Both the position numbers and the translations under genes were made by a program. The notes below the pieces were generated by a model. That model made no database searches and was not told where the DNA came from. It worked only from the letters and a program-made list of their open reading frames with translations. 64,000 nucleotides of DNA from Octopus vulgaris (taxonomy: Eukaryota). This document shows, piece after piece, positions 12,738-24,641 of this stretch (its first letter is position 1; every line of letters starts with the position of its first letter). The stretch lies in assembly GCA_951406725.2 (NCBI GenBank), contig OX597818.1:620001-684000 (forward strand), in the 5' to 3' direction.

Positions 12738-14733
12738 ACATAACACACACACGCATACCCACGTATCCACGAACACACCCCCAACACACCTACCTCACCT
12801 ACCTCCAACACACCACACACATACAACCTACGCGCACTTGTACGCACACATACTTCCACACCTATACACACACCCACGCGCACACACACATGCCCGTGCA
12901 CACACACACACCAACAAACAATACCTTTATAAACACCAGGTAGAGACACACACACACATACAAGCACGTCACGTGCATGTACATTACGCCCACACAACCC
13001 CAGAGGAAACCCCACGAACACACGCATACATTCACACACATACGTACACACACATACATACATTTACATTCATTCATACATACATACATACACACACACA
13101 TACATACATACATACACACATACATACATACACAGATACATACACACACACATACACCTATACATACACACACACACACATACACCTATACATACACACC
13201 TACACACACACACATACATACGCACACACACACACATGCACACATACATGCATGCACACATGCATGCATACATACACACACGCATGCACACACACACATA
13301 CATATATTTGTATCCAGGTGCACACTATATAGTTGAGGGATTGATGGGGATGGGTTTTTTTGGAGTGGGTGCATGTGGGACCACGGGCACGCAGGCGTGC
13401 GTCTGGGGTGCGGCCTGCCCTAAATGCGTGCGTGTGTGTATACATACATACATACACATATACATGCATGCATGCACGCGTGCACACACTATACATACAT
13501 ACATGCATGCACGCGCGCACACATACATACCTACACACTTACACACATATACACCTACATACACACACATACATACACACACACACATACATACACACAT
13601 ACACTCACACATACAGACATACATACACACACACATACATACACACCAACATACACACACACGCATACATACACACACACGTATACATACATACATTACG
13701 CCCACACAACTCCAGAGGAAACCCCACGCACACATGCATACATTCACACACACACACGTACACACATACATACATACATACACACACAAACATACACATA
13801 CACACACACATACATACATACACACATACATACATACATACATACATACATACACACATACATATATACACACATACATATATACACACACATACATACA
13901 CACACACATATGCACACACATATGCACATACACATATACATACACACATGCATACACACACACATACATACACACATGCATGCATATACATACATACACA
14001 CACACACATACACGCATGCACACATACATACATACCTACACACACATACACACATGCACACATACATACACACACACTTACACACATACATACACACACA
14101 CTTACACACATACATACATACACATACACACACACATACTTACATACACTCATACATACATACATACATACACACACCACACATACATACATACACACAT
14201 ACCTACATACACACACGCATGCACACGCGCGCGCACATACATACACACATGCATACACGCATGCCTGTGGGGTTGGCTTTGTTTCGGGCGTACGTTGGTG
14301 CGTGTGTGTGTGTGCCTGTGGATTCGCATGCGCCCGCAACGGAAGAGTTTTTTTCCATCAGTCTTTCAGTTGTGAAGTGTGTCCTTGCATGCAGATATAT
14401 ACACACATATAAACCCCTACATTTGTACACACACGCACATACATACATACATTCACTCCCACGCACGTACACACACACGCACACATTTACATATATATAT
14501 ATACAATACATGCACACACATACACACGTACAAACACACACTAATTCACATACACACCGACACATATACATACACACAACATATACCTACACGCGCACGC
14601 ACACATACACATACGTACACACATATAAGCACAGACGTTAAGCACAGTTACTCGCCACACACCCAAACTCCATGCATACACACAAAAAACGCACACGTAC
14701 ACACACACATACTACAAACAAAACACACACGAT

Positions 14734-14795
<62 letters not shown>

Positions 14796-14915
14796 CTCCC
14801 TGCTTTTGACTTGCCATTTTGACCTGCTAGTGTACACACACACCACTCCTTTATTCTACTACTACTAGCCTGCTACTGTGTTGTTCGCCATACACACACA
14901 CACACGCACACACAC
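12738..14915. repeat. Long compound (CA)n/(CATA)n microsatellite with embedded unique blocks
   Basis: Seen directly. It accounts for the many His/Thr- and Val/Cys-rich ORFs in the track. Confidence 0.95.
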
Positions 14916-15066
14916 TCACCCATTTATCTTCGCACACCTTCTTTACCATTCCGTCTTTGATATAACTCTCCTGTTTTTTAAAAACTTTTTCTTCTACTCT
15001 GACCACTTCCGTCTTTTAGTATGTGACCTCATCTGTATCACTTCTCGGGACCTTTCCTTCTCCTAT

Positions 15067-15101
15067 GTTTCCGACGAAGAGCTCCGCTTGAAACGTCAAA
15101 C
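15067..15101 (+). ncRNA. Minimal type I hammerhead motif in the PLE pseudo-LTR
   Basis: gttt-CCGACGA-a-gagc-tcc-gctt-GAAA-cg-TC-aaac; palindromic stem III ACGT; GUC triplet. Confidence 0.7.
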
Positions 15102-15183
15102 CCTCCTTCTTCCCTTAGCATCCAATAATACTTTATTTGTTCCACGTCCTTGCGTTGTTGTCTTTTTGTTTTCTTGTTTGGAT

Positions 15184-15600
<417 letters not shown>

Positions 15601-15602
15601 GT

Positions 15603-15875
15603 GGAGGCGCAATGGCCCAGTGGTTAGGGCAGCGGGCTCGCGGTCGTAGGATCGCGGTTTCGATTCCCAGACCGGGCGTGGTGAGTGTTTATTGAGCGAG
15701 GCTCCGGCAGGGGGTGGGATGATCCCTGCTGTACTCTTTCACCCTTTCTTCTGTTGGCCTGCTCGCTTAGCCAGCAGGGTGGCGTCATTTGAAGGCTAAA
15801 ACAATGCGAACGCATTGTGACCAGGGATGTGTAACAACATCTTATGGTCTGGTCGGTCACATGATATCACGTGAT
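15603..15875 (+). mobile_element. Well-preserved tRNA-derived SINE (Arg-like head)
   Basis: A box TGGCCCAGTGG, anticodon-like loop ctcgcgg, B box-like GGTTTCGATTCC, then a non-tRNA body; inserted in (TA)n. Confidence 0.8.
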
Positions 15876-15876
15876 G

Positions 15877-15927
<51 letters not shown>

Positions 15928-16067
15928 GTATGTATATATATATGTATGTATATATTTCCTGAGCGCCATACTAATACAATTGTTTGTTTGTATTCCACCT
16001 GCCTTCGTCTTTTGTCTATTTTCATATATAGCTTACCGCTATATATATATATGTATGTATATATATA

Positions 16068-16144
<77 letters not shown>

Positions 16145-16201
16145 TTTGAGGGCAAGGACAGTACTTGACACCATCAACTTCAGTACTGACTGATACATGC
16201 T

Positions 16202-17401
16202 GCAAAATATTTTCCCCAATGTTCTCATGATTCGGTCAGCTCACTGCTTTCAATTTATATCTTTCCAAGATTCTGCAACAACACATAGTTCAAAGTGTGC
16301 AGGATTATTTGAAGGTGAAACTTCAACTGCTTGTTTCCAAGGAAATCTGGCCTTCTCATTCACTAAATTGAAGTCCATGTAACTTTTAGGTGTGAAATAA
16401 CATTGAGGATAAAGCCATGTGATATTATGGTCTGCCATTAAAACTTTCAAATCAATAAACAAGGCAAAGAGGATACAGCAACATCCATACTTAATTATTT
16501 CTATTGAATTGTGAACATATTTAGTAATATTGTGCCTTATGATATAATAACTACACAAAGTTTCATATTTCTAACTTTTCATGTATCTTATTTTCACACC
16601 CAATTTAGCTGACAAACCCTCTTTATGTGTATATGCATGTGTGTGTATACACACACACACACCACATACATAGACATGCTACATATTAACACATAGCAAA
16701 TACTCTCCCCTCACACTTACACACACCAACAACAACCTCACATCACAACAACACCCACATACATACAATTTCATGTTGAAAAGTAATCATATATTACATT
16801 ATAATGAAAGGCAAACATATTATAGGACTTCAAAAAAAAAAGGATAATCAAAAAGTGTTTACATTGACTTCATAATTATAAACCTGAACAAAGGAACTAA
16901 AATGTGTCATGGATATATATTGTATGTTGAAGACAGGTGGTTTCTTGACCACACAAGAAATAGATAGCCAGCGGGTTACACACACACACATATAAACAAG
17001 TAAAATGAAACATACACACTGTGTACAGGACATCACTATTGAGTGAAAAATATGTAAACACACACAAGATAAGTACAGGACAAAACAGCAAAAACATACA
17101 CAATAAGTACAGGATATCACCAAGGAGTGATAAATACATGAAAGCACAAGAGAAAAGTATAAGACAAAATACCAAAAGAAGATAACTCCTCATCATTTGT
17201 TGGACTGTTTATTACTTCTACTTCATATGACAGCATCGTCCAGAAATTTTAAGAATATAAAATTCATGGAGAGTCAGAGCTTCGAACAAACAATGACAGA
17301 GTGGCTGTACAGAGTAAACAATCAACAAAGACAAACATTAAGGACTGTTAGACCAAGACAAATTGTAATAAGTAACACCTGGGAGAAATTTTATCAAGGA
17401 A

Positions 17402-17434
<33 letters not shown>

Positions 17435-18048
17435 TATCATCATCATCATCATCATCATCTAACTTCCACATTTTGAAGCTTGTAGACAGAATTTGTTAAG
17501 GCGGATTTTCTACAGCCACATGCCCTCTCTGTTGCCATGGCCAAACATGGGAAGATTTCACAAAGAACATTGTTCATATGAAGGTGATGCTGGCTTACAA
17601 CCATTACCTGCTATCAAGTTATGGATACAAATACACACACACACACACAAGATTTTGGTCAACCCAGGGTTATAGAAGAAGACACTGGCACTTTACTTTA
17701 TAAACCCCAGAGGGATGAGAGTTGAATCTGACCATAGGGTGTTTGAACTCGGAATATAAAGAACCAGAACAAATACAGCAAAACATTTTTTCCAATGTTC
17801 TCATGATTCTGTCAGCTCACTGCTTTCAATTTATATCTTTCCAAGATTCTGCAACAACACATAGTTCAAAGTGTGCAGAATTATTTGAAGGTGAAACTTC
17901 AACTGCTTGTTTCCAAGGAAATCTGGCCTTCTCATTGAAGTCCATGTAACTTTTAGGTGTGAAATAACATTGAGGACAAAACCATGTGATATTATGGTCT
18001 GCCATTAAGAAAACTTTCAGATCAATAAACAAGGCAAAGAGGATACAG
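16202..18048. repeat. Local direct duplication of about 275 bp (16202-16478 and 17778-18048)
   Basis: Highly similar copies differing by a few substitutions, one 9-bp indel and one 3-bp indel. Confidence 0.92.
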
Positions 18049-20469
18049 TGACGTCCACACAGTGGAATTACACCCAAGACTACAGATTAGGAAGTACACT
18101 TCTTAACCACACAGTCATACCTATGCAGTGGCTGCTTGTAGATAAAATTAGTGAGGGTGCTGCTTTAGAAAATTTGTAGCCATTGTTTTAATATTGTGTA
18201 AAAAAAAACAGACATATAAAAAGAATATTTATACATAAACTTGATCAGTTTGTGTTTTAGCCACAGCTGGGTAGTGTGTTCAATTTGCTCACTGAACACA
18301 GTCGCAAATTCCTTGTTTTTCAAAAACCCCCACTAAATCACAGTGAAGCTGGAAGCAGGATAATAATCTAATTCTACACTTTATCACATTCAAGAATATA
18401 AACACTTTTTTAAGTACAACACATGCAGAGTCAAAAAGAAACTACCTTTCACCAGCACTGCGTGAACGACAGTGCTGTCTCTCGCTAATGTGAAGCGTCC
18501 TATCTCAGACATGTGTGCATGCGCACAACAACCAAACACCACATTGCTGGAACTGTGAAACGCACAGTTCTATACAAGGATTTTTGTATTTTTTTCATAA
18601 ACTAGGGGATGGCTACTGACATTAAGCTTAAGGATTATTTAATCTACAAGTATAAAGAAAGAACTAAAAAAGGACTCATTATATTGAAGGTTATTGATAA
18701 TATCGAGTGGAAATAGGAGGTGCTGCAGTTCCACAGTGCCTATATACAAGACCCCACTGTATCTATACCTATATACAAATGTGTGTGTGTGTGTGTGTTA
18801 AAAAGAAATATATAGATAATTATGTATAGTTATGGGGTGAAGTTATGGATAAAATATATAGATAATCTAGGTATGGGCTGAAAATTTTATATACTTGGTG
18901 AATCAGTAAATAGAGCAACTTATGTTGTTTCTATTTGGATGCTGGTCTGCTATCTTTCTACAGAAAGTTGAAAAAGGACACCTCAAATATGGTAGCAGTA
19001 TAGAAAATGTCTAAAATTCTTGTAAATTGTTTTCCACCAATGAGAGTTGAGCAAATTTATTTGTCATTTCTACTTTACTAGGAACTGGTTATATTATCAA
19101 CTAGCATTGAACAAACTGAAAACAATCAAAGTTTTGTTTAGATCAACTACAATCTATCTAATTATGTCAAACAAAACCAAGTTCCATTTATTTTTCAAAC
19201 AGACAACTGTTTAATATAGAGGTTTTTGATGAAATAGCTGGCATTCCTTAGTCAACTCATTAAACATTGCAGACCTTGTTAAACATGTATCAAGACATTC
19301 AACTAACGTAGAAGAACCAGGGTAGTCCTCTAAAATAAATAAATAAATACAGTGAACATACAAAACATCTTTACTAGACTTTCCAACAAAGCTATCACTA
19401 TTATCAATGTTATCAAAGTTTATATAGCCATTTATCTTTGGTCATAGTCCAGACTAACCTAAAATTGCAAAGTAGGAATTTTTTCCAGTCTAAAATATAT
19501 CATTGAAAGAATAAAATAAATAGCAAAGTTTCCAAAGAATATATCTTCAATTTCATTATAAGTCTACTTAAAAATAAATTACCTCACAGAAACTACCATG
19601 GCAAGTGTTTAATGTAAACTGGTTATTGCTATCAAAATTAGTGGGTTCCGAACATGACCAAGAAATAGTTATATCCTCTGCATATTGTTATCAGCTGGTT
19701 ATTGTTATATAAAAGCACTTTCTTGGAATGATCACAAGTGTCTTCCAGGGTCTTTTTTGAACTAAGGAATTCTAAGATGCCTTCATTTATACATCTTAGA
19801 AAAAAACAACTGTAAAAATTCTATCTGCTCAGTAGATCTGCTGAATGTAATAGCTAAATCTCCCTTAAACTTGAACCAGTGAAGGTCAATCTAATAAATC
19901 TACATTGTTGATTGACTAGCTACAAATAGCAGCCAAATCTCCACCAAATTACACTTTATAATCTTTAAAAAAAATTAAACGGTAAAAAAGGACACACTGT
20001 TTAACAGCATGGAAAAGAAGACAGAATGGTCACAACTGGAATGCTTTTGATTATAGACCATTGATTATAGATCATTCAGAACTAACTTGGATTTAAGTAG
20101 CAACAACTTTTAACAAACTCTCTGCCTGTTTAGTGATGTGCTTTTCATATTTAAAGTCCTTAAGACGTAGGACAGTCTGCTGCCTCCATAGACATAGTTT
20201 GGTTATGGTTAAAGCACCAACTGGATATATCATTCAATCAGTGACCTGTGTGTCACAAGTTTACGCCAGCAGCAGAACTAACTAGAATTCATTACCAATA
20301 TCAAGGCTATAAAATATATTTAGGTTGTTGTTACAAAAACATAAGCAAAACAAGAAAATACGCATATGCACACACACATATAAGCCTAATATCTTTTTCT
20401 TTGTTACAGTTTCCAAAGAGAAACATACATATCATCATTTAACATCCATTGTCCATGCTAGCATGAAAC

Positions 20470-20546
<77 letters not shown>

Positions 20547-20641
20547 TGTGTGTGTGTTGTATACAAGCCTGGCTATATGGTTCACAGTAGACATGAGGTC
20601 TAATTCTTAGAAGCATTCCACAAATATTTTTTTCCATCTTT

Positions 20642-20674
<33 letters not shown>

Positions 20675-20714
20675 GCATGGCTATGTGGTTTACAGAAGAT
20701 ATGTGGTCTGGTTC

Positions 20715-22800
20715 CCATCATCATCATCCTCCACCATTTTGAATCTGAGTTTTGTCCTCATTAACGAGGGTGGCTGGATCTATTTCAATGTCATAGCAAC
20801 CATCTCGCTATTTTGCCCAGTTCTGGGCATCCTTCCTTCTCAAGCCAATCCTCCCAATCTCCTCCATCTGTCCCCTCCACATTTTCCTCAGTCTACTTCG
20901 CTTTTGCTGTCTATTTACTTCGAACTCTAGCACTCTCTTCAGAACCTGCTCCTCAACACATGCTCATACCACCGCACTTCATTCACATTTGCCAGTCATT
21001 CCACTGAATCCTCCAACCCTAGCATCCTCATCAAGTCCTCAGTTCTCCTCTTATCAAACAGCTTCACCCCACACATTTCTCTCCCCATTGCTCTCTCAGT
21101 CCTTCTCAAAATTGCCATCTCTCTCTCTCCCTTAAACACCATGTCTCACTCCCATACAGCATTGCATCTCTCACACAACTCCTATAGACCTTTCCTTTCA
21201 TCTTCAATGAGAACCTTTACCCATATAATAACGCTCCACATTCCCTGAACTTCACCCAGTCAAGTCTCACTCTTGCTGTCACAGCTGCTTCACATCCACC
21301 ACTTACATCCACTCTATCTCCCAAATAACAAAACCCTCTCACCATCTCCACCTTGTCACATAGTGTTTCCACTGACTTCGCCAGCCCTCCAGCTCCTTTC
21401 TCACCTCTTCCACAAACAAACTCTCTTGCCAGTCTGGGGTTACCTTCTTCATTTTTGTACATCTACCATGAATCCATTTCTCACAACTCATACTCAACAC
21501 TGCATTTTCCACTACCCTCCTCCCACATACACCACATGAATCCACCTTACTAAGACTTCTCCTTCCACTCCACACACCATAACTTTTATCTTCCCGAGGT
21601 TTACCTTCAAACCCTTGCTTTCAAACTCCTCCTTCCATTTCCAAAACTTCTCCCTCAATCCCTCCGTCATCTCACTCATCAGAACAAGGTCGTCTGCATA
21701 CAGTATCCCCATTAACAGTCCCTCTCTTGCACTCTCCGTCACCACATCAACCACTATTGCAAATAACAATGGTGACAACACAGATCTCTGATGCACACCA
21801 ACTTTCACCACAAACTCCACCAACAGCTCTGATCCAATTCTAACTCTTTACTCCCTCATACAAACTCATCACTGCTCTCACTATTACCTCTGGTACACCT
21901 CTCTTCCTCAATGCCCACTCACTCACCTTCCTTGGAACCCTATCAAATGCCTTCTCCAGATCAACAAAGCACATGTAGAATTCCTTCCCTTTATTTCAGT
22001 ATTCCTCCTGCAATCTCCTTACAATGAACACTTCATCTATTGTTCCCCTTCCTGGCATAAAATCAAATTGCACCTCATCCACCCCTTTCCAAATTCTCCT
22101 CTCCAATACCCTTTTCACTATCTTCATTGCATATTCCAGTAACTTCACTCCTCTATATGCCCCACAACTCATCGATTCCCCCTTCCTCATTAAGATCAGT
22201 ACCACCACATTTAGTGTCCAATCATCTGGCATTCCTCTTCCATCCAGCATGCCCTGGCAGAGCTCCATCATCACAACAATCCCTATCTCTCCACTTGCAG
22301 TTATCATTTCCACACTTACTTCTGATGGACCAGCTGCCTTTTTCCATTTTCCTTTCCTTCATTGACTCCACTACTTCTTCCCAACTAACCCTCTCCACTG
22401 GCCCCTTCACCACAGCAACTTCCACCCTCTGATCCCATTCATTCTCTTCATTCATAATTCCCTTCATATGCTCCTTCCAAACTCTTCCCCTGTCCTACTC
22501 ACTAAAATTCAACCTTCCATCACTCCCCCCTCATGCATCTTCCTCCCTCAACATCTCTTCCATCATTTTCATTGATTTAATAACCCTAAACATTCTGTCT
22601 GGGTTCTAATCCAGCCCACTCAACCTCTCCTCAACCTACTTCCTCATAGATCTTGCAATCATCCTCTTTACATGATTCTTCATGTTATTATACCTGACTT
22701 TCATTTGCTCAGTCCTATTATTACACAAAGCACCTCCTTCTTCTTTGCTATCACATCCCTCACCTCCTTGTTCCACCACCATTTATTTCCTCGATGCAAT
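20715..22800 (-). mobile_element. Degenerate RTE-type LINE (RT region) with (GAT)n tail
   Basis: 'YRGVKLLE', 'QFDFMPGRGTID', 'GVHQRSVLSPLLF', 'LYADDLVL', 'GLKVNLGKIK', 'FCYLGD', with many frameshifts. Confidence 0.9.
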
Positions 22801-22824
22801 GCAAATATCTTTTCAATCTTACAT

Positions 22825-22891
<67 letters not shown>

Positions 22892-22892
<1 letters not shown>

Positions 22893-24408
22893 TAACAGAG
22901 ATACCCGGCATTGCTCGGGGTTAAAATGATATAGTTTGTATACTACAGTTATGTTGAAACGTGATATGGAAAGTGCAGCATTGATGACAAAACACTTATG
23001 AAGTAAATGATGGGCTAATTCGACTAAATGACATGTCATGCATCTGGTTGGAGGATTCCTAACCTGTCATGAAAAATTGAGGGTGGGGTGCATGTGATTT
23101 TTGAATGCACTGAAAATCTGTCAGTGGATATACTCTCCTTTGCAGTGATCTAACATGACCCATTGTATAGTTGACAGTCGAATGAATGTAGGTGTAATGG
23201 AGATATTGTACGGAAAGAGGTATACTCCAGAAAGAGGCTGCAATGGGAAATGGCAACAGGGAAGCAAACTGTTGAAATGTTGTAGAAGGCAAAGAGTTGA
23301 CATGGGATTGCTGGTGTGGCTGTAGAATAAGAAACATAAACTGAGCCTATGCAGTCACATGAGAATATATAGTAATGAATTACTTGAAAAATTAGGTGTA
23401 ATGGCTTACAGCATCATTGGTGGGAGTAATTGGATAATATGCTTTGATATTGAAGTCTATGCAAGAAACTGCTTTGTTGGTATTATGCCGAAAGAGTATC
23501 CATCTTCACCATTCACATAGATCAGTGGATACTGGAGTGCATCATAGGATGTAGTAATTCCAACAAAACCTCTTAGTAAACAATATTCTTTGTTTTCCCT
23601 TGTAGAACAAATGCAAACAGATTTGTTTTGTTTCCTACTCTTGAGCAGCCAACATTTAATCGCTCGTGTGAGATTCCAAGTGAAGTTCTACTGCAGACAG
23701 TGTTTTACCCAGGGTTTCATTGATAGACATTGCAAAGATGATACAAATAGGAAATTGCACTCTTCAGAATGAAAAAAGAATTCTGCTCCCACTGGAATGA
23801 GAGGAATTCTGGGTATGAAAACATCCTCCTCTTTTCCACATTCTGAAAGAATAGTGGCCTCAATAACATTTGGCATCATCTTCTTTACCACTAGGTGTGT
23901 CCCATTGCAGAGTGTTGGTGGATCCCAACTCAATAACATTACTGGAGTTCTTCCTTTCAGTTCCAATCTGTGAGGAATTAGTCCTGGAGGCTCCAATGAA
24001 TTGAGAAATTCTGTTGGATAATTTACTACCTCTTCTGGATCTGGGATTGTATCAACTGATAGATGTGAGGACTTCTAGGAAGGTACTGCAGCAGCTGCTC
24101 ATTAATTTGCTTTTTGGAACAAATTGAGATTGTGATAATTTTTTGACCAATGGATGTAAGAGATACAACCAATTTCTGAAAGTTACTTTGCAAAGAGTTA
24201 CCTCCCTTCTCAATGTAACCCAGGAATGGGTGTTTTCAGCTCCCAGGGGGCGTATTACTCATGTGAAAAAAATTTAAGAGTCTAAAACCATCTCTGGAAC
24301 ATAAGTAATGTATGTTCCCAGTTTGGAGAAAATCAGTAGAAAAATACGGCCGTTACAATCTTTTACACATGTACACACAGAGAGACAGAACAGGATTTAT
24401 ATTATAGA
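22892..24408 (-). mobile_element. Non-autonomous Helitron carrying decayed RepHel fragments
   Basis: Minus-strand 5' TCTATAATATAAA at 24408; 3' hairpin cccg-agcaatgc-cggg then TTAG|T at 22892; PIF1-type 'EPPGLIPHRLELK..LCNGTHL..NVIEATIL..VFIPRIPLIP' and Rep-region 'YDALQYPL...GEDGY'. Confidence 0.85.
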
Positions 24409-24641
24409 CTAGTATTATAACCCGATTTCATTCAGGTCTACTCAGGTCACATTTTAAAGATGACGAATTTTGCCCTAGAGGCCACGCCTTTCAATTGAGC
24501 AAACTCAAAGTTGCCATGCAAACTCCCAGCACTTTTAACACAGGTGTGCAAATTTTCAGGTCAATCCGACCACATTTACTGACACTTTTGCCAGCACAAC
24601 TGCTTGTGAGACATCCGCCCTTTTCACAAATATATAGTAGA
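24409..24641 (-). mobile_element. Short non-autonomous Helitron directly abutting the previous one
   Basis: Minus-strand 5' TCTACTATATAT at 24641; 3' CTAG at 24409-24412 with an imperfect subterminal hairpin (cccg..cagg). Confidence 0.65.

Larger units (their letters stand above)
11571..15186 (+). mobile_element. Whole PLE insertion: ORF, about 2.2 kb (CA/CATA)n-rich 3' region and terminal hammerhead-bearing pseudo-LTR, flanked by (TA)n
   Basis: TA runs at 11528-11570 and from 15188. The terminal 15040-15186 segment is homologous to the minus-strand fragment at 29455-29580. Confidence 0.7.

Noticed and set aside
15603-15680. tRNA-Arg gene
   Set aside because: There is no clean acceptor stem or T-run terminator, and it continues into a SINE body.
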